This document shows, in pieces, positions 50,524 to 63,200 of a DNA stretch of 64,000 bases (the first letter of the stretch is position 1; every line of letters begins with the position of its first letter). The translations under genes and the position numbers were made by a program. The DNA lies in contig NC_135901.1 in the NCBI RefSeq assembly GCF_964194155.1, positions 11,098,001 to 11,162,000 on the forward strand. The letters are read 5' to 3'. Below the pieces are notes generated by a model, which searched no databases, was not told where the DNA came from, and saw nothing but the letters and a program-made list of their open reading frames with translations. This DNA is from Cetorhinus maximus. Lineage: Eukaryota.

Positions 50524-51445
50524 GACAGATTGCAGACAGAAATCTCAAATGAAAGGTCACGTCAACATCTGACAGAATCACTCAATTCATCAGGACCTGA
50601 ATATCATTGGCTTATGTATTTCATCAGTTTTGAATCTAGGAGGAAAACTGTTTTCTGGTCTGTCTGCTTCAGAAGGTTTCAAACATCAGTGTGGCTACAT
50701 ACCCGAGTGAGAGTGTTCCCGTGCACTGACTGTGGAAAGACCTTTAACCAGTTACACAGCCTGAAAACACATCACACCATTCACAGCAGGGAGAAACTGT
50801 ACACGTGTTCTGTATGTGGATGAGGTTTCAACCGATCATCAACCCTCGAGAGACACAAGGACAACCGCACCTTGGACAAACCATGGAAAAGACTGTTGGA
50901 AGGGATTGCCTTCCCTGCCTGCACTGGAATTATATTGACACTGGGGAGAGGCCATTCACCTGCTCTATGTGTGGGAAAGGGTTCAGTAATTCGTCCCAAC
51001 TGCTGACACGCCTGCGAGTTCACACAGGAGGGAGACCGTTCACCTGCCCTGAGTGCGGGAATGGATTCAGTAATTCATCCACCCTGCTGACACACCAACG
51101 AGTTCACACTGGGGTGAGGCTGTTCACCTGCTCCCTGTGTAGGAAGGGATTCATTCAGGCATAGCATCTGCTGACACACCAACAGGTTCACACTGGGGAG
51201 ATGTTGTTCACCTGTGTGTGGGATGGGCTTCACTCAGTCATCTCACCTGCTGAGACACCAGCAAGTTCACACCGGGGAAAGGCCATTCACCTGCCTTGCG
51301 TGTGGGAGGAGATTTGGTGTTTCATCCTCTGTACTGGCATACCACCGAGTTCACACCATGGAGAGACTGTTCACCTGCTCCAAGTGTGGAAAGGTATTCA
51401 CTCAGTCATCCAACCTTGCTGAGACACCAGCGAGTTCACAAGTGA
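50524..51445 (+). pseudogene. ZNF-H, C2H2 zinc-finger pseudogene (~7 fingers)
   Basis: Deletions in finger 1, TAG at 51162, frameshifts at ~51215 and ~51415. Confidence 0.88.
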
Positions 51446-52169
51446 TGACAGGAGTTGGATTCTGCTGTTATTGCTGCTGTTAATCACACCCAGGACTGAA
51501 CCATGTTCATTCTGACAGTTGGTGAAGTGGGAGGGTCGGAGGGTTTCTTTCTGCTGGACTAGCCGGTCTCACGACTTTGCTTCCAGTGGGCAGATGCTCT
51601 TTGAGCCTGAGTGGGCACATTTCCACTGAAATAATCCACAAAAGCTGATGAAGGACATTTATTTTATCCTGGATAGTAAATAGTGTTCTTCCTACCACTA
51701 TAGGTAGATCTAAAATAAATACATTTGTTTCTGTTTCATTGAGTCTATAGCACAGGGCCAGGCCAGTCGGTTCAATTGCTCTATGTCAGTATTTATGCTC
51801 CACATGAGCCTCCACCCACCCCTCTTCATCTCCCCCCATCAGCATATCCTTCTATTCCTTTCTCCCTCATATATGTATCTAGCTTCCCCTTAAATGTATT
51901 CATGCTGTTCACCTCAACCACTCACTGTGGTGGTGAGTTCCACATTTTCACCACTCACTGGGTAAAGAGGTTTCTCATGAAATCCCTGTTGAATTATTGA
52001 ACCCCTTCATAATCTTAAAGACTTCCATCAGGTCACCCTTCAGTCTTCTCTTTTCTGGAGAAAAACAGCCCTCTCCTTTCCTGAGGGTTAAATGCTCTCA
52101 GCTTTGGAATTATTCTTGTGAATCTTTGTCGCCCCTTATCCAGTGCTTCTATTTCCTTTTCATAAAATG

Positions 52170-52516
52170 TGAGGGGTATAGACAGAGTAAATGCGAGTAG
52201 GCTCTTTCCACTTAGATTAGGAGAAATAAACATGAGAGGACATGGCTTTAGGGTGAAAGGGGAAAGGTTTAGGGGGAACATTAGAGGGAACTTCTTCACT
52301 CAGAGAGTGGTGAGAGTGTGGAACGAGCTACCATCTGACGTGGTAAATGCGGGCTCACTCTTAAGTTTTAAGAATAAATTAGATAGATACATGGATGGGA
52401 GAGGTCTGGAGGGTTATGGACTAGATGCAGGTCAATGGGACTAACGGAATAATATTTCGGCACAGACTAGAAGAGCCGAATGGCCTGTTTTCTGTGCTGT
52501 AGTGTTCTATGGTTCT
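52170..52516 (+). mobile_element. Young CR1 3' end
   Basis: ORF 52169-52444; AAATG target-site duplication; absent from the paralogous 3' flanks. Confidence 0.85.
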
Positions 52517-53319
52517 AAATGGAGATCACTAATGTTGACATTACTCTCAGTGTAGTCTAACCATGGTTCTAGACAAGCTCAACATAACCTCCCTGCTTTT
52601 CAATTGTATTACTGTAGACCGGAACCCCGTATACGGGCCCCACTCTTTAGGAAAGATGTGCAGCTCTTTGAGAAGCTGGAGAGAGGATTTATCTGAATGG
52701 TACTGGGGATGAAGGACTCCAGTCAGTTGGAGAGACTGGAGCAGCTGAAATTGTGCTCTTTAGATCACAGATTCAGTAGGACCGAGAAGGAGGTCTTTTT
52801 GGCCCATCGAATCCATGGTGCTGACTCTACGGCAAACTAGTCAGTCCCATTGCCCATTCTGTCACCGTAGCCCTGTGAGTTTATTTCCCACAAGTGCCCA
52901 TCCAGTTTCCTTTTGAAATCACTTGTTGTTTCCATTTCCACCATCAATGCACATGGACCCGCAGGAGCCTCTGTCCCTGCTCACTCTTTAGAACTGTGCC
53001 ATAAAATAGTGGAAGGTTCATCAACAGTGCTATCAGGCAGCGCTTACTCAGCAATAACCTGCTCACCATCTCACTGTTTGTATGAAGCATGCATGTCCCA
53101 AGATTTGATGGATAGCCCAGTTAGTGTGCTGAGGGAAACACGAGGCGCAGAGAGAGAGAGGGAGACCCCAGTCAGTAATAAAAAATGGTAACGAAATTGA
53201 GTCCAGACAAATATCAATGAATTAACACCACTTTATTAACAAATTAACAAAGTAAGCACTGTACTTGAATAAATGTTATTAACTGCCATAAATAAATCAC
53301 TTAAGGGTCAGATTAATAT

Positions 53320-55105
53320 AAAAGCAAAATACTGCAGATGTTGGAGATCTGAAATAAAAACAAAGTGCTGGAAAAATTCTGCAGGTTGGCAGCATCTGTG
53401 GAAAGGGGAACAGAGTTAACGTTTCGAGTCCAATTTGACTCTCCTTCGGAACATATTAACTACATTAATGATATTAACAGGTAGTCACTTGCTAGTACAG
53501 AACTTTAGTATTGCCGAGAAAAGAGACATGATGTCGAAGCTTTTCATCTTGCCCTCATCAGGATAGATCCACAAGAATACCAAATCTCAAAGGGAACAAC
53601 GGGTATGAAAAAGGGGTGCTGATTGGTTGGCAAGTGGACTGTGATTGGTAGAGCTGTCGCCATGGAGAATGCACCAGGGAACAGTAACTGCCAAGCTTTT
53701 CTTAAAAATTCAAACCAGACAAGTTGACTCTGACTGGTCAATTCATTGCCTTGGGGAATGAACAAGGGAATGGCTGTCCCCGAAGCTTCTGTTTAGTTGA
53801 AAAAGGTGCAATGAATGGACATGTTCTTTCTGTTTGAAAAAAATGGGGCCCGGTGTTTGAATCTTGGTGAGCCACACTGTGAGTCTGACTGATAATCTTA
53901 AATTGGTTGTTAGTTTCATTCTTAGCACAATCAGGATCGTTTAGTAAGTGTTGTCCAATTGCAGAATCACATCAGTTAGTCACTATGTTCTGAGTTTTGC
54001 AAGCTCTGTCTGGTTAACTACAGTCAGTACTTTGCCTGTTGCGAACAGCCAAAAAGATGTGCTGCTTGATATGATCCGCCAGTCATTGAGACATACGGGC
54101 TACATACCTGGCAACACCCCAGCACTGAAATTCATATACCACGTTACTCATTTGTGTGGTAGACAGAATGTCCTTTTGGTTTCACATCAGCATTCTGTTA
54201 GTGAAGAATATTACTAATGTTGCCACTGCATAGTAACAGTGTTGCTTAAATTTTTGAGACACCTTATGCTTCCAGGATAATCTGAGGTAGATTGGGCATT
54301 TTCAGGACCCAAGGCCTTAGGCCCATTCATGAGTTTGCGCGATTATACAGCGACCCCCTGGTCTGGTCATGGTAGCCATTAACCCGCAGGATAGCTTTGA
54401 TGCAGCCTATTTGGCATCAAGCTTGCAAGGTGAGCAAATGGCTCAGGGCCTTGTTTACGAGATTGCTGATTAGGCCAATCTTATAGTGCGTGGAAATGTA
54501 GGAATTGCAACACATATATTAACCAGTGAAGGCAGGCATGCAGTAGACGGTAGTAGAGAACCCATTAGCAGGTATCTCAACCACCACATTGAGGAATGGG
54601 AGCTCCTTTGACTGCTCCATTTCAAAGGGGAATTTGAGCACCGGCTGGAACCCATTAAGATAAATAAGGAAACCTTAGATGCAGCTGCAGAATCAAATAT
54701 AACTAGTATATCATCTACAGCTTGGGAATACACAAGGGGTAGGAGGTTAGGGGTTAGTCCATCAAAGACGTGTTTCTCATGGAAACTGAGAAAGATGTTC
54801 GTGATAGCTGGGCCTGGGGGGGGATTTCATGTCAACACTATCCATTTGGGCAGGCATGGTGGTCATTAAATCAGATGTCAACTGTGCGAGTTATTGAGTT
54901 CATAAGTTCAATGAATGCAGATTCAGACAATGGTGGAGGGTTAGATTGCCATGACATAGTGACTTGGTGCAAATCTCTATGGCTTCCCTGAACGGTGTAT
55001 TAGTGAATAGGCTCGCAATGTTGAACAAGCACATGGACATGGCATTGCGATCGATGTGCAAGTCCTGTATGGTCTTGGCAAAGGTGAAGGAATTCTTCAC
55101 CATGT
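53320..55105 (-). mobile_element. Penelope-like elements: Neptune pLTR end (53320-53452) and Poseidon RT-EN-pLTR (53510-55105)
   Basis: RT remnants (CLFNIASLFTN, AVDDILVIF), GIY-YIG remnant and hammerhead motifs. Confidence 0.8.
53532..53564 (-). ncRNA. Minimal hammerhead ribozyme motif in a Poseidon pLTR
   Basis: atcCTGATGAgggcaagatGAAAagctTCgaca; sister copy at 36861-36894 (plus). Confidence 0.55.
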
Positions 55106-55115
55106 ATGAGGAATG

Positions 55116-55152
55116 TGATATATATCATATATATATATATATACACACACAC
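55116..55152. repeat. (TA)n(CA)n microsatellite
   Basis: Direct reading. Confidence 0.8.
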
Positions 55153-56361
55153 ATGCATATACTGAACTAAAAATGTGTGTCGTATACACTACTCAATAAG
55201 ATAGAGATATGGGGGGATTTTCAGCGTGTGGTCATGACCTGGAACTCGCTGCCTACGAGGGTGGTGGAAGCAGAGACAGTAAATGATTTCAAAGTGAAAT
55301 TGGATGGGCATTTGAAGGAAATAAACTTGTAGGGGAACGGGGATAGAGAGAGGGAATGGAACTGACTGGATTGTTCTACAGAGTCGGCATGGACCCGAGT
55401 TACTGAGTGGATTGCTTGTGACGTAACGACTCTCCAACTGGAAATATATAACGTAGCCACTGTACTAAATTACAATTAGATTTTTACTGGATTTTTCTTT
55501 CAGTGACAAATGCATCAATTTAAAGGAGCATCGGCATTTACTTTGAAAATGCTTCTGACTTTAGGCCCCATGGAGGTCAATGTCAGGTCCCTGGTATCTG
55601 CCTGGGTGGGAGGGGGGACAGGTGGGCACCAAACTGGGCTTCAGTGCCACAAGGAGCAAAGCCGGTGTTCCTGCTCCACATGGTGATCCCACGGCTGGGA
55701 GGAAGCCTGGTGACAAGGGGAGGGTTTAGCGGCATCAACTGGGGGCAGCAGGAAGCCCGCCAAGGTCAACCAGCCTTGACTTATTCATCATGAATGTGGC
55801 TCCCTCACTTTGATGCCAGAGGGTCAATTGACAATTGGCGGAGCCAATGTGCAGCCAGTGTCAGGGTATGAACAGTAGACATTGAGAGGTTGTTGCCTCC
55901 TAGCTGAGGAATCTACAACACATGGGCACAGACTCAGGATAAGGGGCCGATCATTTCAGACTGAGATGAGGAGAAATGTTTTCACTCAGAAGGTTTGTGA
56001 ATCTTTGGAATTCTCTTACACCTGGTTCACCAATACCCTGGAGGGCAGGAAATCTGCTGTCCTTCCCTGGTCTAGCCTACATGTGACTCGGGACCCACAG
56101 CAATGTGGTTGACTCTTAACCTTCCTCGGAAATGGCTGAGAAAGAAACTCAGCTGCACCATACCACAACAGATAAGTTGGACAAGGTGGGCTGCAGCGGT
56201 TGGAGAAGGAAGATCATCACAACCGTCTCATGGGCAATTGAGGATGGACAATAAATGCTGGCATCTCTTTCTGACACTGATTGGCTTCTGCTACCTCGCT
56301 CTCTGTGGAGATTCTCACTGACCGTTTCTGGTCACTATTCTCGCCAGGCAACAAACTAGAA

Positions 56362-57095
56362 TGTTACAATCCCGGTAGGGACTGTTAATGTTTAAAGATA
56401 AGTCTAAACAGCCAGTGATTAACTGAAAGAACTACACCACAAAATTTCATGCTTTTACACAAAAACAAACTTTGTTGTATATATATCTCAATGAATAAAT
56501 CAAGAAAGCACCACTCCCTCCCCAATGGTTCCCTTACCTTACGAAATCTTGAGGCTTCATTCACTTTCTTTGGGGCCAACCCAAGGTATGCCACAGCCCT
56601 CTGGAATTTACTTTGAATTCTCCCCAGTCTGGGATTTAGATATCCAGAGCTCTTCCTCTCTGTGAGGATGCCACTGCCTTCTTCAGCTCACTTTGGATAG
56701 ACCAACTGCTTTTTCCCAGTCGGCTCCCACAGCCTCTTCATATCTCTTTCCAAGCTGATTGCTCTCTGACACAAGGCCAACTGCCTTTCACGGTGAGGAC
56801 CACTGGAGATTTCTTCCTCTAGCTTCAAACTAGGCAAATCTTCCAGCAACTTTTTCCCCTTACATGAATTCCAAGTAAACTGTAAATTACACAAGACCAA
56901 GTCTGTAATTGTCCCCCGTGAGAAACATCCAGATAAATGTTTAAAAAATATTCTAACCCCCACAGCCCATCTCCATGGCAATGAGTTATGCTTTGGGAGA
57001 AAATGGAAGGCAAACTGAATTTCTTTTTCCTTCCAAACACCCTTTCATTCTGTGATCCAAATGAAAGATGAAACTGGATATTCGCAACAAGTCTC
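56362..57095 (-). mobile_element. LTR fragment truncating the ZNF-I 3'UTR
   Basis: Terminus TGTTACAATCCC (minus-strand ..GGGATTGTAACA); ZNF 3'UTR similarity stops at ~57098. Confidence 0.5.
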
Positions 57096-57216
57096 AAAGT
57101 GCATCAGTCCACTGGAAGCAAGGTCATGAGACCGGCCAGTCCAGCTGTGAGGATGAACATGGTTCAGTCCTGGATGTGATTCGCAGCAGCAATAACAACA
57201 GAATCAACCCTTGTAA

Positions 57217-57807
57217 TCACTGGTGCAGTCGCTGGTGTCTCAATAGAAGGGAGGACCAAGTGAATGCCTTCCCACATACAGGGCAGATGAATGGCCTCTC
57301 CCCAGTGTGAACGCGCTGGTGTTCCTGCAGGCTGGATAACCGATTAAATCCCTTCCCCCACACACAGCAGGTGAACGGCCTCTCCCCTGTATGAACTCGC
57401 TGATGTGTCAGTAGGTTGGATGACTAGGTGAATCCCTACCCACACTTGGAGCAAATGAATGACCTCTCCCCAGTGTGAACTCGCTGGTGAGTTAGCAGGT
57501 TGGATGACTGAGTGAATCCTTTCCCACACTCAGAGCAGGTGAACGGCCTCTCCCTGGTGTGAACTCGCTTGTGTGTCAGCAGGTTGGTTGACTGAGTGAA
57601 TCCCTTCCCACACTCGGAGCAGGTGAATGGCCTCTCCCCAGTGTGAACTCGCTGGTGTGACTGCAGAGTGGATGACTTGCTGAATCCTTCCCCACACACA
57701 AAGCAGGTGAATGGCCTCTCCCCAGTGTGACTGCGTCGATGAGTTTCCAGATCAGACGGGCAACGGAATCCCTTCCCACAGCCCCGACACTTCCATCTTT
57801 TCTCCAT
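57217..57807 (-). pseudogene. ZNF-I, 7-finger gene with two in-frame TAG stops in finger 5 (could yield a 4-finger product)
   Basis: Same 591-nt frame as E and G; TAG at 57436-57438 and 57424-57426. Confidence 0.8.
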
Positions 57808-58974
57808 GGTGTGGGTGTCCTTCTGTCTTTCCAGGTTCAACAATCAGTTGAAGACTCATCTACAAACAGAACACATTTACGGTTTCTCCCCAGTTTGAAT
57901 GCTGTGATGTTTTTTCAGGCTGTGTAACTGGTTAAAGCTCTTTCCACAGTCAGTTCACTGTAACACTCCCACTCAGGTGTGTGTGTGTGTGTGTTTTGGT
58001 GCTTTCCCGGTCACACTGATGTTTGAAATCTTCTCCACAAACAGAACAGATAAACATTTCTCCTTCTAGATTCAAATGCCAATGACATCCACATCCCAAT
58101 GAATCGAGTGACTCTGTCAGATCATGGTGTGATGTTTGTTTTGAGATTTCAGTCTGCAAATCCTCACCTCCAGATATCCTGTGAAAGGAGTTTACAAAAA
58201 TCATCACTGTCAGTACTGGTTAGAAATTCAAAACAAACAATTCTAGTTTCTATGAAACATTCTTTCCTCTCTCATTCCCCAAAAGCTGTAAATCTCCATC
58301 CCACACACTCTCCCTCCATTCTCACTCTGCTGTACCTAATATACACCGCCCCAATTCTTCTGAAGGTGACAATTCATGCTGATCAACGGGTCCATGCTCA
58401 CTGATTCTAATACATATAATATATTTTTTGGACTAAAGATGCATGTAATATACAGTAATGTATTACTTGATTAGAGATACACGCAGGATGTGAGGAAGAA
58501 CTTTATTTAGGCAGCCTATAGCCTATGGGGATGGTGGCAGCAGAGATGATCAATTATTTCAAAATTGGATGGGCACTTGAAGGAAATAAATTTGCAGGGT
58601 GAGGAGGATATAAAGGAGGAATGGATCTGACTGGATTCCTCTGCAGAGTTGGTATGGACTCTAGTTGCCAAATGGACTCCTTCTGTGTCATATCGACTGT
58701 CTGAAAATATATAACATAGCTACAGTACTATATTACAAGACTAGAAATAATAATAAATGTACTTAATTGGAAAACCATAAATAATATGTCTAATATGAAC
58801 CACATAACATCACTTCACTTAAACCTGTCCTATATTAATTTACTGTCCCCTTAAATATCAGCCATTCCCTGGGAAAACGACCCCTTTAAATGTGAACATT
58901 AGCCAGACAAACAAATGTGCCAAGATGAGTGAGCAAACGATGTCAATGTCTTTAAGAGAGAGAGAGAGAGTAGG

Positions 58975-59485
58975 CCAACCTTTCCAGAGTCTGCACCCTC
59001 ACTGGATTCGCTTCCTTTCCCTTCAGTTCCTGCAAGTCAACAATTTAAACCCAGAATGAGAAAAGTAATGGAAAGGGGGAGAAAAGAAAGTGTTTTACTC
59101 ACAGATTTGGACATGAGGAAATTTTAGTCTGTGTTAAACTCAATCTTCATTGACACAAAGCCCGCGCTCTGATTGCCTGGAAGACAAGAGTCCTTCCGGT
59201 CCTCCAATTCTTCCCATTGGTCAATCCCCGCATGAAGACACTTTGACCCCATGACGTGTTCCAATGTTGGCCACCGTGAAACGCTTTTCTCCACACATGC
59301 GTACCCCCTCTCTTCATTGCCCATGCGCACTCCCGGGCCGTCCCGCCTGCGCGGTGGATAGACCGGTTTCCCTGAAGCGGCGACTTGTGGGAGTTACGGC
59401 TGCCATTACTGAGCCACAGCCCGGTCTCCAAACACATGGGACTGGCATGAAAAGTGGGAGTGAGGGGCGCAATGACCCCACCTTG
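58975..59485 (-). promoter_or_regulatory. Promoter and 5' exons of ZNF-I (inverted paralog of the ZNF-A promoter)
   Basis: ZNF143-like GCCGTAACTCCCACAAGTCGCCGC (~59377-59400), NRF1-like TGCGCATG, CCAAT, donor at 59103. Confidence 0.7.
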
Positions 59486-59749
59486 TCACAAAGTACATGT
59501 AGAAGTCACTGGATTTGATTTTGACATCGCTTCAACAAAATTGTTAGTTAACTTTAGGCGTAGAGATTTAGATACCTGGGTGACATATTGGGGAGGCAAA
59601 TTGTGACTCTGAAACTGAACCCGAGAATCAGCACCTTCAGGGAAGGAGAATTCTAGTTTGAGAGGGAAAAGGATTTTTTATGTCAACTGGAATATCAGTT
59701 TCTAATTTCTATTGTGTACGTACTGTAATGGCTTTAGTAAACGTCTTGT

Positions 59750-60230
59750 CAAGCATATTGGAGAAGGAGGACTTGCAGATGGGAAAATCAAATCAAACAT
59801 CCCATGAACACTTGAAGGAAATAAATTTGCAGGGTGAGGAGGATATAAAGGAGGAATGGATCTGACTAGATTCCTCTGCAGAGTTGGTATGGACTCTAGA
59901 TAGACTTAATTGATTCATCAGGACCAGATGATCATCAGCCATTGAATGTGGAAGGAGAAATATTTGTCTGTTTGAAAATATTTCTAACATCAGTATGACT
60001 GGCAAAGCATCGAGACAAACGCACCCAAGTGAGAGTGTTCCAGTGCAATGACTTTGGAAAGAGCTGCAGCTAGTTACACAGCCTGACAAAGCATTGCACC
60101 ATTTACAACGGGGAGAGACCGTTTATATGAGGCTTCAACTGATTGTTGAACATAGTGAGACACAAGGACACTCACAACAGGGAAAAACCATGTAAATGTG
60201 GGGCCTGTGGAATGGGATTCTATTACCCTC
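59750..60230 (+). pseudogene. ZNF-J remnant (leader plus start of finger 1)
   Basis: ILEKEDLQMGKSNQTS.., vestigial-finger leader, GKPCKCGACGMGF, then replaced by Copia pol. Confidence 0.7.
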
Positions 60231-60254
60231 TGCTCTCGCCCTCCTCCCTGCCCC

Positions 60255-63200
60255 CATTGCATTTGGAAAACCTGTGGATTTATGATTTACGCAATCTGGA
60301 CACTACTGTATTCCTTTAATGAAACCTAACTTTTCTATTAAGCAGATTAAAGGAGTGTTATTAGCGTCAGGGGATAGGAATTTAGAAGATGAAAAGCAAA
60401 TTGTGTTAAAATTGCACCAGCAGTTTGTCCATCCTTCTTTGCAAAGGTTAAAGATTTTGCTAAGGGATGGAGAGTACACTAAAATTACAGAGCAGATAAG
60501 CAATAGATGTGGCATACATAAGAAATGCAGAAGGACACTGTCACGGCTGATAGTGAGTCCACCTTTAGCGGGGCATTTCAATGAAGTTCTGACAATAGAT
60601 TTAAAGGTATGGGATAAAGAAAAGAACATTTTTGTTTTATATTTCGTAGATTTGGCAACAAGGTTTAGCCAGCCGACAATCATATACAGTAAAGAAGAGA
60701 AAATAATTGTGGATCAGATAATGGAGAAGTGGATAGGGACTGGATTGGGACCACCAGCAAAATTCCTCACCAATAATGGGGGAAATTTGCTAGTGACGAG
60801 CTTGTGGATATGTACAAAAACATGAATATAATAGTTATGAATGCCGCAGCTGAAAGCCCCTTTAGTAACGGAGTGTGTGAAAGGAATCATGCAGTAATAA
60901 ATGAGATGCTTCGTAAAATATTGGTGGATAGACCAAGCTGTAAATTATCATCAGCTCTAGCATGGGCTGTCCATGCCAAGAATTCACGGCTATAGTCCAT
61001 ATCAGTTGGTTTTTCGGTAGAAACCCAAAAATTCCTTCAGCCCTGAATGGTCAGCCCCCAGCTTGGGAGGGAACTACGATTAGCTCTACCTTATCTGAGC
61101 ATCTAAATGCACTGCACACGAGTAGAAGAGTGTTCTTTAAAGCCGAAGTTTCGGAAATAATCCGGCGAGCTCTAAGACACAATGTATGACCATCGGAAAC
61201 TATTTTCAATCGGGGAGACATGGTATACTGTAAGAGAGAAGGACTTAATGAGAGGAAAGGTCCAGGAAAGATTATCAGTAAAGATGGTAAAACAATCATT
61301 TACAACATGGGAACTACACTATTCGGGTGCACTCATCAAGGTTAGTTGGCACAGACTACAAATTTGCGGGTTCAGAAAGTGTAGGAAGGGACGAGGAACC
61401 ATGTGCTTCTCATACCCATATGTTGCACGATTGTGAGGACCAGGTAGATAAAGTTGACAGGGTATCTGAAGATGGAGACAGTACTTTGGACAAAGAAGAT
61501 GAAGCGATTTGTCCCAGAGGATGAATGTCGAAAGCTGGCACTAAAGTTACATGCTTGCCAGAAGGAGCCAGTCAATGGTGGGATGCAATGGTCGTAGGTA
61601 GAGCAGGGAAGGCCACTGGAAATATTAAAACTGGTTAAATGTATGAGATAAAGGCCTATGGATTGGAAACATGAAGTACAAAAGTAGAAGGCATGGAAAT
61701 GCAGTATCAGTTCAGACAGTGGGCCTGGGAGTGAACATGCCTCTCGGAGGAGATCGCGAACTGTTGAATGAACATCTATAAATGGGAGGGAGATCAAACA
61801 TAACATCCGGAGCATGATAGAAGGCAGGATAGAGAGTATAGCTTAACAAGGTCAAGGAATATAGCACAGACTGGTAACAAGGAGCAGAAGCCCATGTGAT
61901 TGAGAAGCCTTATTAGTTTCAAACAAATTAGACTATAAATTAATAAAGGATGCCAAACAGCAAGAACTACAGAGTTGGAAAGAATTTGGGGTATACCAGA
62001 TAGGGGACAACCAGCTCTGTCTCATAGGCGGATATGCATGGAAAAGGTGCTTCCTGATGGGACTTCTAAAACTAAAGCCAGACCAGTGGTATGAGGGTTT
62101 GAAGAAAAACTGCGTGACCAGGGTGCGCGAGTACATTCACCGACAGCAGGGAAAGTTATGTTGGAGATCCTTTTGGCTCTATTAGCTACAAATGCTTGGG
62201 AATGCAAGTCCATTGATATTAAAGCTGCTTTTTTGCAGGGAGACCAACTTCAAAGGGAAATTTTTCCCCGTCCACCAAAAGAGGTGCCAAACGCAGAAAG
62301 GATTCTCTGGAAGCTAAATAAATGTGTATACAGTTTAAATGACGCCTCCAGAGTTTGGTATTTCTCAGTGAGGTCAGTTTTGTTAGTGCTGGGCTGCCTT
62401 CGGTTGGAAGGCCCGGCAATGTTTTATTGGTACCATGGAGGGAACTTGCAGGCATCTTTATGATGCATCTAGATGATTTGTGTGGGGTAGTAGTAGTGAA
62501 TTTGAAACAGTTGCCATTAATGGGCTCAGAACGGAGTTTAAAAATTGGAAGTCAGCCTTTTGTTGCATTTAAGTACATTGGATTGGAAATCAGGCAGGAA
62601 GGATCACATATCCTTTTACATCAGCAATCCTACTTAGAGAACATCAATCCCGTTGCAATTAGTCATGGTAGGGCCTCCCAGAAAGATACCGCGGCTTCTG
62701 AAATTGAAAAAAAGGAATGCAGAAGTCTAATTGGGCAACTCAGTTGGCTAGGCAAACAAACAAGGCTTGATGTCAGTTCTGACATTTTGGAATTAAGCAC
62801 TAAAATGAACGATCCCAAGGTTGAAGGGATTATTCTGGAAAACAAATCATTGACAACATTAAAAATGGAACAGTGTGTTTGAAATTCCATCTCTGGGTGA
62901 TGTTAGAAAAATGAAATGGATTGTGTTTAGTGATGTGTCTTATGCACATCTATATGATGGGTTTTCAAGTGTGGGAGGATTTATAATATTTCTTATGGTG
63001 AAAAAGGCAAATGTTTCCCTTTGACATTGGAATCTAAAAAGATGCAAGGAGTTATAAAAAGTACGTTAGCAGCGGAGACTCTTGCCCTTGTTGAGGTGAT
63101 AGATATGGCATTCTATCTATCAAAGATACTGGAAGACGTTTTAAATGGAAAAGGGTATTCAGGGATGGTACCTATCGAATGTCTCATAGATAATAAGTCA

